Below the pieces are notes generated by a model, which searched no databases, had not been told where the DNA came from, and saw only the letters and a list, made by a program, of their open reading frames with translations. This document shows, in pieces, positions 1 to 7,895 of a stretch of 16,874 nt of DNA. Source of the DNA: Candidatus Hodarchaeota archaeon (GTDB lineage: Archaea; Asgardarchaeota; Heimdallarchaeia; Hodarchaeales; Hodarchaeaceae); NCBI GenBank assembly GCA_016839785.1, contig JAEOTQ010000239.1, positions 1 to 16,874 on the forward strand, in the 5' to 3' direction. The stretch's first letter is position 1; every line of letters starts with the position of its first letter. Position numbers and translations under genes: made by a program.

Positions 1-1
1 T

Positions 2-610
2 ACTCAGATTGAAGATATGATCTTCAAAGAGGAAACCATTCTCTTTCCAACTAGTTTAGAACTTTTAACAACAGTTGATTGGCAGAAAGTAAAGCAAGGT
101 GAGGAGGAGATAGGTTTTGCATGGATTACGCCAGGTGAGGAGTGGAAACCACTTACACCAGAAATAATTCATCAGTCAACCCAATCAGATGCATTCTCTG
201 ACTTCCTAAGTCTTAATACTGGTAAATTAACTCTAGAGCAAATTGATTTAATGCTCACACACCTTCCGATTGAGATTTCATATATAAATGCTCAAGAAGA
301 GGTTCTCTATTATTCGGGAACAAAGGAACGAATTTTTCCCCGAAGTCCTGGTGTTATAGGTCGAAAAGTACAAAAATGCCATCCCCCAAAAAGTGTAGAT
401 AAAGTAGAGCAAATAATTGACGCTTTTAAAGCAGGACGGAAAGACCAGGCTGAATTTTGGATAACAATGGAAGGTAAATTTTTACATATTCGATATTTTG
501 CTGTTAGAAATGGTAATGGAGATTATCAAGGAACCCTTGAAGTTATGCAAGACGTAACTTCTATTCGTGCTCTTGAAGGAGAACGAAGGCTCGTTAACTG
601 GGAAGATTAA
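2..610 (+). CDS. DUF438-family hemerythrin + PAS domain protein, 5'-truncated by window edge
   Basis: Frame is open from position 2 (TQIED-MIFKEETILFP), so ATG 17 is probably internal. FKEExILFP is a hemerythrin-like helix. The C-terminal part (LPIEISYINAQEEVLYYS..RIFPRSPGVIGRKVQKCHPPKS..YFAVRNGNGDYQGTLEVMQD) is the PAS module typical of DUF438 proteins. Confidence 0.85.
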   Translation, partial: TQIEDMIFKEETILFPTSLELLTTVDWQKVKQGEEEIGFAWITPGEEWKPLTPEIIHQSTQSDAFSDFLSLNTGKLTLEQIDLMLTHLPIEISYINAQEEVLYYSGTKERIFPRSPGVIGRKVQKCHPPKSVDKVEQIIDAFKAGRKDQAEFWITMEGKFLHIRYFAVRNGNGDYQGTLEVMQDVTSIRALEGERRLVNWED

Positions 611-629
611 TAAATAGACGTGAAGAAAA

Positions 630-1643
630 TTGACTAAACAAAAGAAACTTGGATTTACAATAAGTTACGACTTCATTTCCCCCTCTCAAACTCATGATTT
701 GCTCGAATATCTAGACAATTCTGCATTCACTCATGTTTTCGTACCTGAAGTCTGGGGGTATGATGCCTTTCTTGAGTGCGCTCGAATGGCTAGTCACACA
801 GAAAACTTAAAATTTGGGACAGGGATAGTCAATATGTATTCACGATCCCCTGCTACCATGGCACAAGCAGCTGCCAGTATTGATGAACAAACTGAGGGGA
901 GATTCGTCTTAGGTGTAGGATTGAGTGGACCTAAAGTTATAGAAAATTGGCATGGCTTAGATTACTTTCAGGGTTCGCCAATGCAACGTACACGTGAATA
1001 TTTGGAAATCCTTAAACTAATATTTTCTGGAGAAACAGTCAATTACGACACAGGAAGCATTTTTAAACTAAAAAACTTCAAATTACGGACTTTTGACACC
1101 CCTGTGAAGGTACCCGTATACTTAGCTGCATTTGGGACAAAGAATGTCCAGCTAGCTGGTGAGTTAGCTGATGGATGGTTACCTATATGGACATCATATC
1201 CTGAAATACCTAGTCTTAAAGAAAATTTTGAAAAGGGACAAGAAAAAGGACGAAAAATTAACGATAAATTCAAAGATATTGCCCCATTCATTGTAACAAT
1301 TGCCTCTGAAGATCCTAAGGCTAAATATTATGTTCAAAAACAATTATCATTTTATATTGGAGGAATGGGGACTTATTACGCACGAGTGGCAAGGCAATAC
1401 GGATTTTCCAAGGAAGTAGATCGGATTTCTCAAGCTTGGAAAAGTGGAAATAGGGAACTTGCGATAAAAGAAGTGACTGATGACATGCTATCCCGACTTG
1501 CAGCTGTAGGCCCACCTGATGAAGTTTTAGCACGTTATGAAACCCTTAGAAAAGCTGGTGTTACAAATCCAGTAGTATGGTTGCCAGTAGGTTGTCCCCC
1601 TGCATTAGCATTGGAAACGATTCATGCATTCCAAAATAGCTAG
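630..1643 (+). CDS. LLM-class flavin-dependent oxidoreductase, probably F420-dependent
   Basis: Motifs PEVWGYDAF, GTGIVNMYSRSPATMAQAAASID, GRFVLGVGLSGPKVIENWHG, LAGELADGWLP, FYIGGMG. TTG start 19 nt after the upstream stop. Confidence 0.88.
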   Translation: MTKQKKLGFTISYDFISPSQTHDLLEYLDNSAFTHVFVPEVWGYDAFLECARMASHTENLKFGTGIVNMYSRSPATMAQAAASIDEQTEGRFVLGVGLSGPKVIENWHGLDYFQGSPMQRTREYLEILKLIFSGETVNYDTGSIFKLKNFKLRTFDTPVKVPVYLAAFGTKNVQLAGELADGWLPIWTSYPEIPSLKENFEKGQEKGRKINDKFKDIAPFIVTIASEDPKAKYYVQKQLSFYIGGMGTYYARVARQYGFSKEVDRISQAWKSGNRELAIKEVTDDMLSRLAAVGPPDEVLARYETLRKAGVTNPVVWLPVGCPPALALETIHAFQNS

Positions 1644-2170
1644 GAAGGATGAACCTGATTATTTTCGTCTACAGACGTGTCAAGTTCATCAAAATAATCT
1701 AGATAATCCCCCTCAATTCTTGGTTTGTCTAAGGTTTTAAAACAGTAGTTCAGTTGCCCTCGATGATAGACCGTATGTACAATATACTGTAAATAAAAAT
1801 CATTCTTCATCATGCAAAATGATTCTCCATCATGCCGTGGAACAGCTACAGTACCTTCTAAATTATGCTGGATCTCGTGCACAAGTTGATTATCTAATCT
1901 CTTCCACAATTCAATGAGTTCATATTTTGAAAGTTTGTCTACCAAATGATAGAATCCACCCTGAACGTTTAGATCAAAGAAGTCTAGATCAATTTTCAAG
2001 AGAGAAAAGCAACGTAATAATGCAGAACAGATATGTACAACTTTATCCTTGGTTGAACCGAGAGTAGAACCCAGACTCTGCATAAATTCCTCTTCAGATA
2101 TATTCTCTAGTGTTGTTCGCGATTTATCTCCAACCCAAAGATGGTAATTAGCTAAATTTTTCATACCCAT
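1640..2170 (-). CDS. DinB/YfiT-family putative metalloprotein
   Basis: N-terminal YHLW, first His in KVVHI, C-terminal HTVYHRGQL metal motif. GGAGAG RBS upstream. Its stop overlaps the LLM stop at CTAG 1640-1643. Confidence 0.85.
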   Translation of the reverse strand: MGMKNLANYHLWVGDKSRTTLENISEEEFMQSLGSTLGSTKDKVVHICSALLRCFSLLKIDLDFFDLNVQGGFYHLVDKLSKYELIELWKRLDNQLVHEIQHNLEGTVAVPRHDGESFCMMKNDFYLQYIVHTVYHRGQLNYCFKTLDKPRIEGDYLDYFDELDTSVDENNQVHPS

Positions 2171-2349
2171 AGAATACTCTCCGATGGAAGAGAAAAGTGA
2201 AGATAATTTCTTCTAAATCATATCATATTTAACCCCCGTGTTCCCAAAATAGTAATATCCGATGAAAAAATAATCGAACATTGACTAACCAATTTTGCAT
2301 CAAATCAAAGAATTAAATAGACAAAAGAGCTTACTAAAGAGGAATTCAG

Positions 2350-2700
2350 ATGGTCACTGAAATTGCTTATTGTGGACTTACATGTACCGAATGTCCAGCA
2401 TACATTGCAAAACTGACGAATGATCAAAATATTAGAGAAAAAACTGCTATGGAATGGTCAAAAGGAAATTTAAAGGTTTCCGCGGAACAGATCAACTGTG
2501 ATGGTTGTCATGCACGGAAAAATATCTTTATTTACTGTGAAAATTGCGACATCCGTCAATGTGGTCTTGAAAAAGAGATAACTACATGTGCAGAGTGTAG
2601 TGAGTATCCCTGCAGCGAGAAGTTAAAACAGTTTTGGCAACAATTTAATTTACCACATGCTAAAACCACGTTGGATGATCTTCATAATTCTATGGTATAA
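2350..2700 (+). CDS. DUF3795-family Cys-rich protein (putative Zn or Fe-S binding)
   Basis: Cys pattern CGLTCTECPAY..CDGC..CENCDIRQC..CAECSEYPC. GAGGA RBS upstream. Confidence 0.88.
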   Translation: MVTEIAYCGLTCTECPAYIAKLTNDQNIREKTAMEWSKGNLKVSAEQINCDGCHARKNIFIYCENCDIRQCGLEKEITTCAECSEYPCSEKLKQFWQQFNLPHAKTTLDDLHNSMV

Positions 2701-2747
2701 CACCGTCAACTGAAATATTTTCTATAGTGAACTAGGAAATTAAGGTA

Positions 2748-3821
2748 ATGAAAATGAACGAAGCAGGTATTACTTATAAAAAAATACAAGAAACTTTAGT
2801 AGCAAGTATACAAACGGGAATTAAGAGTTCTGATGATATTCTAAAGGTAATAAATAAATTATCTTCCTCTATACCCAAAAAAATAATCGCTGGCCCCGCA
2901 TTTGGTCGAACAATTTGGATTACTTCACTTCCAGAAGATCAAGGCACGGAGATGGAGATCGGTTTTCCAGTCACTTCAGACTTCAACAGCGGAGATATCA
3001 AGTCCCGAATGCTACCAAATAGAGAAGTTCTTTCTATTCTTCACACTGGCCCAATGAACCAGAAAACCGAAACATCTAAGAAATTATGGGACTATGTAAC
3101 AAGAAAAGGGTTTATTTCAGATGAGTTTATTATAGAAATCTATCATGATTCGAATAATCCACAAGGAAATAAAATAGAAATTCAGTTCATTATTCATAAC
3201 TGGCAAGAATTATTCAGACAACATACTATACGAGTCTTAGGAGAAGAAATTGCTACTACAATTACTCCTGAGTCACTAGAAGTTGAAGCAACACTTGAAT
3301 CTCGTCTCGATTGGGCGAAAAAGGCAATCATAAAGGTAAATTGTCATGCTAATGAAGAAGAAACTTTTGATATTCTGTCGAGCTGTGCCCATATATTCCC
3401 ACTCGAGCCAATTGAGAAAATGAGGCTCACTTATGAGAAAGCAAGAGAAACACTGGCACCCATAGCTTCGATCGATCAAGTTTTACTAATGATGACCAAA
3501 GATAGGGCATGGGGAAAGGCTCCAGTTAGAGATGGGAATATTCTAATTGCCACAAAAAATCCTGCCAATCGGGAAGCATTTGAAAAAGCAACAACAAGTG
3601 CAGAAAAACGACGAGCGGCCTGTTTTTGTCCTATAATAAGAAATTCTCTTGATGATAACACTATACCACAAGAATATTGCTTTTGCAGTGCAGGTTGGTT
3701 TCGACGTCAATGGGAAGGAACATTATCACAACCAGTAAAGGTTGATACTCTAAAAACGGTATTAAGGGGAGACGAAGTGTGTCAATTTGCTATTCAAATT
3801 CCAGAAACTCTAATTTGGTAG
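2748..3821 (+). CDS. GyrI-like small-molecule-binding domain fused to a Cys-rich DUF6144/V4R-like domain
   Basis: N-terminal EMEIGFPV, VLSILHTGP, LWDYVTRKG, IEIY, IEIQF fits GyrI-like. C-terminal SCAH, CFCPII, YCFCSAGWF, VKVDTLKTVLRGDEVCQFAI fits DUF6144/V4R-like. Confidence 0.75.
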   Translation: MKMNEAGITYKKIQETLVASIQTGIKSSDDILKVINKLSSSIPKKIIAGPAFGRTIWITSLPEDQGTEMEIGFPVTSDFNSGDIKSRMLPNREVLSILHTGPMNQKTETSKKLWDYVTRKGFISDEFIIEIYHDSNNPQGNKIEIQFIIHNWQELFRQHTIRVLGEEIATTITPESLEVEATLESRLDWAKKAIIKVNCHANEEETFDILSSCAHIFPLEPIEKMRLTYEKARETLAPIASIDQVLLMMTKDRAWGKAPVRDGNILIATKNPANREAFEKATTSAEKRRAACFCPIIRNSLDDNTIPQEYCFCSAGWFRRQWEGTLSQPVKVDTLKTVLRGDEVCQFAIQIPETLIW

Positions 3822-3827
3822 GGATTG

Positions 3828-4409
3828 ATGAAGTACAAAAAGATAGCATTATCAAAGATATCAACTCTATTATTCGGTTTATTATTACTAAGTTCTCTCA
3901 GCTTAAATGTGAAGTCAGATTCGGCCATATTAGATCTGAAAATAGTCGGTGCAACCTCACGAGGGATATTTATACCTGGACCTTGTCCACCAGGCGTTCA
4001 ATGTACATATGATTCTCAAGGAGCATCAGGAATAGTTTTTCGAATAACATATCAAGGAAAGAATCAATGTAATGTATCAGATATACTAATCTGGCATGAA
4101 ACATATGGTTTCAATTTTACAGGTCCGTTAAATATTTCTCCTCCTCCATTCTTGCTCCTTTCTGCCACAAGTTATGAATTTATTGTAAATAAATCCTTTG
4201 TTTATGGAATACCTATCGAGTTTCGGGTTCAAACCCTTCAACAAGGAGAATTCTTTTATTCTTTAACAGCTGACTCTTCCATCTCACAAATTACTGATTG
4301 GAACCCAGTCTATCCAACCTCAGAAAACACTGGGATCACATTTTTCCCGATTGCTGTAGGGATATGTTTGACTGTGATCTTCTTACGACGGTGGAAAAAC
4401 GAAAAATAA
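3828..4409 (+). CDS. Secreted, C-terminally anchored surface protein of unknown function
   Basis: Basic N-terminus plus hydrophobic signal peptide, CPPGVQC loop, sequons NVS/NFT/NIS/NKS, C-terminal hydrophobic segment followed by RRWKNEK. ATG 3828 preferred over TTG 3825. Confidence 0.75.
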   Translation: MKYKKIALSKISTLLFGLLLLSSLSLNVKSDSAILDLKIVGATSRGIFIPGPCPPGVQCTYDSQGASGIVFRITYQGKNQCNVSDILIWHETYGFNFTGPLNISPPPFLLLSATSYEFIVNKSFVYGIPIEFRVQTLQQGEFFYSLTADSSISQITDWNPVYPTSENTGITFFPIAVGICLTVIFLRRWKNEK

Positions 4410-4476
4410 CGATAACTTGAATGATTTCTATACACAAGACTTACTAACACCAACCAAAGCCATAGAAGAGTATAAA

Positions 4477-4929
4477 ATGAAAATCCAACCAATTGGTTAC
4501 GTGAAGTCCTCAGTGATGGAAGCAAAAGACCAGGATTGGGGCAATGTCGTCTCAAAAATTCACATAGATGCTGAATTAATTCCAGGGTTACAAGGATTAG
4601 AGGAATTTTCGCATGCAATAATAATATTTTATATGCATAAAGCCAAAGTAAATTTAGAAACAGATTTAGTACGACACCCACAAGGACGTTCAGATATGCC
4701 CTTTTTAGGAATTTTTGCTCAAAGAGCAAAACATAGACCCAACCCCATTGGCATTACAACGGTCGAACTTATCTCAATTGAAGATGGTATTCTCACTGTG
4801 AAAGGATTAGACGCAATTAATAACACACCTGTTCTTGATATTAAACCCTACTTTCCTATGTTTGATAAAGTGAATGGTACGACACCTGAATGGGTTAATG
4901 CCCTAATGAAAGACTATTTTTTAGCTTGA
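4477..4929 (+). CDS. tsaA: TsaA/TrmO-family SAM-binding protein (tRNA t6A37 N6-methyltransferase-like), single domain
   Basis: MKIQPIGYV, GLEEFSHAIIIFYMH, GIFAQRAKHRPNPIGIT, GLDAINNTPVLDIKPY. The domain begins at ATG 4477; the ORF track starts at TTG 4417. Confidence 0.85.
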   Translation: MKIQPIGYVKSSVMEAKDQDWGNVVSKIHIDAELIPGLQGLEEFSHAIIIFYMHKAKVNLETDLVRHPQGRSDMPFLGIFAQRAKHRPNPIGITTVELISIEDGILTVKGLDAINNTPVLDIKPYFPMFDKVNGTTPEWVNALMKDYFLA

Positions 4930-5013
4930 TAGACGATCTAGCATGTTCTAGGAGTGTTCTCCTATGGAAGAGGTTAAGAATGCAATAGACTCTTTAGGGG
5001 TAGGAGAGATAAG

Positions 5014-5244
5014 GTGGATCATAATCCAATATCGCAAGAAAACGTTATTCAAACCTGTAAGGAAATTCTATTGAGTCATAAAAACAGCCGATTTAGATTC
5101 ACAAAATTTAACTATTGGCAATGTTGGGGATGTCAGAAATTTGGTAATAAGAATGGGCAATTTTCTAATATTTGTGCTTTGAATGCAGAAAGTAATAGGG
5201 GATGTCGCCAGGTTAACAGAAGAGTTGACGCTGGAATTACATAA
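5014..5244 (+). CDS. Small Cys-rich hypothetical protein (putative metal binding)
   Basis: 76 aa, GTG start with purine-rich GGAGAG upstream, motif WQCWGC-x13-C-x9-C, codirectional with upstream genes. Confidence 0.6.
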   Translation: MDHNPISQENVIQTCKEILLSHKNSRFRFTKFNYWQCWGCQKFGNKNGQFSNICALNAESNRGCRQVNRRVDAGIT

Positions 5245-5280
5245 CCAATATCCAAACTGAAAAATTATTATTCTTTTGTT

Positions 5281-5289
5281 AAAAAAAAA
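5281..5289 (-). terminator. Oligo-T archaeal terminator candidate for the carS operon
   Basis: A9 on the + strand equals T9 on the - strand, 2 nt after the carS stop codon. Confidence 0.5.
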
Positions 5290-5291
5290 GA

Positions 5292-5891
5292 TTAGAGGGG
5301 TACTTCTTGTATCCCAATTAAGTACCCTAAGAAATTTAACACCATATGTAATCCAAGAGTTAATGGTAATAAGAGAATACCCCATTCAATAGGCCATGGA
5401 GCCACGGGATATATGAGTAGTAATGCTGTCAGTAGAAAACCCAACTGATCCATAAAGAGAAAAGATTCCCCCCTTTTCAACCCACTGCGTCTTTTTATAA
5501 AACTACCAGCTAGGTCACCTAATAATGCTCCACAGCCAAGTAAAAATCCAATTAGAATCGCCTGTAGAATGAAATTATCAGCCATGAACTGCAGGAATGG
5601 GTACAATATACCTTTGTTAAAACGACTAATAATCACTATTGGATAATTTACATTACTAAAAAGGATAACAATTGCAACACAAGTCACTATGCCACTTAAT
5701 GTTCCACCTAGAAATCCACGAATGGTTTTACCGTCTCCTAAGATTCGTTTGTCGTCTTTCCAAAATCTTCCACCATCTATAGGCCTGTTATAGCGGCTAC
5801 CTCTGCCTAGAAATACAGGTGCTGCATTCGCAACAAGAGCAGGGAATACAAACACTATCGAATTTATGATTGTTACGATTATATCTACCAT
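5292..5891 (-). CDS. carS: CDP-archaeol synthase (CDP-2,3-bis-(O-geranylgeranyl)-sn-glycerol synthase)
   Basis: PALVANAAPV, PIDGGR..RILGDGKTIRG, GALLGDLAGSFIKRRSGLKRG, DQLGF, H..N..GY.IGI..VP. Start moved to ATG 5891 (GAGGT RBS; minus-strand sequence TAA-A-ATG couples it to the upstream stop). Confidence 0.93.
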   Translation of the reverse strand: MVDIIVTIINSIVFVFPALVANAAPVFLGRGSRYNRPIDGGRFWKDDKRILGDGKTIRGFLGGTLSGIVTCVAIVILFSNVNYPIVIISRFNKGILYPFLQFMADNFILQAILIGFLLGCGALLGDLAGSFIKRRSGLKRGESFLFMDQLGFLLTALLLIYPVAPWPIEWGILLLPLTLGLHMVLNFLGYLIGIQEVPL

Positions 5892-5892
5892 T

Positions 5893-6513
5893 TTATCTAC
5901 CTCGCAAATCGGCTTCATGTTTTGTTTTCATGAGGTTCTTAACCGAAAAAGAAAGCTCTGTATTTTCACCATTTTCCCTCTGATTCTTGTTATCAAGAAT
6001 ACACAACTGAAGAATAAACGCCCCAATATGTGTGAAGAATATTAGAGAAATAATCATTTCATATGATATTACTAACAGAAGAATTAATGATACTCTCTTT
6101 AACCCAGGATCAAATTTTGCCTTATCTCGCAGTGATGTCATCAATAGAATTGAATAAATGGATAGAAAAACAACCTTGTAGTCAATTCCAAAATTGTATG
6201 CCAATGCAAAAAACAGAAGCGCTTCAAGAGACCTATCAAAAATTATTTCTAACTCTTCCCCGGTTTTACTTTCTAATCCATACACACGAGCAATATTACC
6301 ATCAACACCATCGAGAAATAATGAGATACACATTATTATCAGTCCTAATTGCCAATGTGTAAAGAAGATTAATGCAACTGATACTAGTCCTATCAAAAAT
6401 CCTAGAATTGAGACTTGATTTGGAGACATGTTGAACTTCAGATGAAATAAGTCAGAAATCGGGCGCATAATCCCATCGTATGTTTTCTTTACACTAGGTA
6501 CAGCAATATACAT
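5893..6513 (-). CDS. CDP-alcohol phosphatidyltransferase family protein (archaetidyl head-group synthase), variant motif
   Basis: SPNQVS and DGVDGNIAR-x8-G-EELE-IIF-DR match DxxDGxxAR..GxxxDxxxD with the third Asp replaced by Glu. Multiple TM segments. GGTGA RBS upstream of ATG 6513. Confidence 0.88.
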   Translation of the reverse strand: MYIAVPSVKKTYDGIMRPISDLFHLKFNMSPNQVSILGFLIGLVSVALIFFTHWQLGLIIMCISLFLDGVDGNIARVYGLESKTGEELEIIFDRSLEALLFFALAYNFGIDYKVVFLSIYSILLMTSLRDKAKFDPGLKRVSLILLLVISYEMIISLIFFTHIGAFILQLCILDNKNQRENGENTELSFSVKNLMKTKHEADLRGR

Positions 6514-6911
6514 CCTACAATCACCACTGTTGATATTCCAGCAAAATCATCTATTTTTACCCGCATCTTCGGAATTTTAAGATCCGAAAATGGATAAAAA
6601 GGCTGTTTTTCGTAACTCATCATATAATCAAGGATGAGATGCGTCGTGAAGAAGAACACAGGAACCCAGGTCTGCAAAAACACAGCTAAGGGTATTATCC
6701 ACAAATAAGAGACAGGTTCTTGTAAACTCGTTCTCCAATTCCAATATCTTACGATCTTAAACCCATTTTGTTTAAGATAGAGAGGAACCTTAATGACATG
6801 GTCAAAATCAATAAACACTCCAAAAAGAAATGCCCAAAAAATATCGATCCCAGCCAGATCACCTAATTTAATAAACAGAAAACTAACCAATAAATGAGCA
6901 ATAATATTCAT
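6489..6911 (-). CDS. Membrane-bound metal-dependent hydrolase, YdjM-like
   Basis: N-terminal AH, IDFDH, HLILDY and PFYPFS motifs among hydrophobic segments. ATG 6911 with AGGTGG RBS (ORF track uses GTG 6920). Overlaps the next gene by 25 nt. Confidence 0.7.
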   Translation of the reverse strand: MNIIAHLLVSFLFIKLGDLAGIDIFWAFLFGVFIDFDHVIKVPLYLKQNGFKIVRYWNWRTSLQEPVSYLWIIPLAVFLQTWVPVFFFTTHLILDYMMSYEKQPFYPFSDLKIPKMRVKIDDFAGISTVVIVGCILLYLV

Positions 6912-7035
6912 TTCATCCACCTTTTCTTTGAGAATTAATATTACTGTTCACAAGAGTGTTTAAAAGACCCGAGGAACTTTTTCAAGAGAAATCATTTTGT
7001 TTAAGAGATTGGTTTGTGGGAGAAACTATCATTGG

Positions 7036-7045
7036 TATATAAAAA
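7036..7045. promoter_or_regulatory. TATA-box candidate in the divergent intergenic region
   Basis: TATATAAAAA on + lies about 30 nt before ATG 7075 and reads TTTTTATATA on -, facing the lipid operon. Confidence 0.4.
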
Positions 7046-7074
7046 CACGTAACTTCTGAGAACAACCGAATATA

Positions 7075-7284
7075 ATGGATCGAAGACCCGAGCTACACAA
7101 AAGATTAGTAATTTTAAGTGATATTTTAGATCGAATAAAGACATATGAGGATTCTACTAAGAAAAACCCATGTCACAGACTAGATTTCATGAAAGAAGTT
7201 ACCTACCTAGTAGAAAATTTAATTACACATTATTCCCTTAATAAATTTAAGCGAAAAGGACAATTATCTATACAAAATCAATGA
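7075..7284 (+). CDS. Small hypothetical helical protein
   Basis: 69 aa ATG ORF filling an otherwise empty gap, amphipathic pattern, TATA-like element upstream. No family recognised. Confidence 0.5.
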   Translation: MDRRPELHKRLVILSDILDRIKTYEDSTKKNPCHRLDFMKEVTYLVENLITHYSLNKFKRKGQLSIQNQ

Positions 7285-7341
7285 ATTCCTAAAAGATTCA
7301 TTCGATCTGAATAGTAACAGATTGTAATGAAGTTTCTTGTT

Positions 7342-7881
7342 TCAGTGTGAAAAATTCATCTGTCCTGCAGGAATCCTGACTTCCAAGAAATTCTCAGATG
7401 GAACGAGAGTGCAGCTATATATGTCGTTGAAGGCACAGTACGGTAAGTACGCAAGATTAAAGTCAATTTTGTACATCCCGTCAGGCAACGCTTCCAATTC
7501 GATATAACGACCTCCTCCATAGGATTCAGTCCCTGAAGTTTTATCTTTGAAGGGGATAAATAAATACTGATCTTCTGGAGGTTTGAAGACTGTTAACCGA
7601 TTATCCTTTCCATCAAGGGAGAATTCAATATGTCCATATCGAAGATATGTCCGTTCATCCCCTTTCGTTGCTAATATTATTACTTCTTCGGGATGTTCAT
7701 TCCTATGAAGCTTTAGGTGTAAATTTAGTTTTTCATTAATCGGAAAATTATCTAAGCCTTCAAATGATTGTTTTTGCGCGGGTGTTAATGGAGAGTCCTC
7801 TGATTGTTTAAAAAAAGCATCAGTGTTCTTTCTAATCTGTCCGATATGCTCCAAATATGAATTATCAGGCATAAAAATCAC
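7342..7881 (-). CDS. DUF1684-family protein
   Basis: LFIPFKDKTSGTESYGGGRYIE and IDFNLAYLPYCAFNDIYSCTLVPSENFLEVRIPAG. Start is GTG 7881 or ATG 7872. Confidence 0.9.
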   Translation of the reverse strand: MIFMPDNSYLEHIGQIRKNTDAFFKQSEDSPLTPAQKQSFEGLDNFPINEKLNLHLKLHRNEHPEEVIILATKGDERTYLRYGHIEFSLDGKDNRLTVFKPPEDQYLFIPFKDKTSGTESYGGGRYIELEALPDGMYKIDFNLAYLPYCAFNDIYSCTLVPSENFLEVRIPAGQMNFSH

Positions 7882-7895
7882 GTTGAGCTGTGTGG

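Noticed and set aside
1043-1533. Antisense ORFs 1043-1291 and 1321-1533
   Set aside because: Shadow ORFs inside the well-supported LLM gene, with no motifs.
1640-1643. Convergent genes sharing stop codons in the palindrome CTAG
   Set aside because: Real, but a common compact arrangement for convergent genes.
3276-5385. ORFs 3276-3479, 3476-3661, 3779-4012, 4310-4729 and 5068-5385
   Set aside because: They overlap better-supported genes on the opposite strand or in another frame, with no recognisable features.
5436-5453. CarS DQLGF in place of the common DQLDF, suggesting an inactive enzyme
   Set aside because: All other motifs are intact and, from memory, DQxGF occurs in other archaeal CarS proteins such as those of Thermococcales. 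Needs an alignment, but is not evidence of inactivation.
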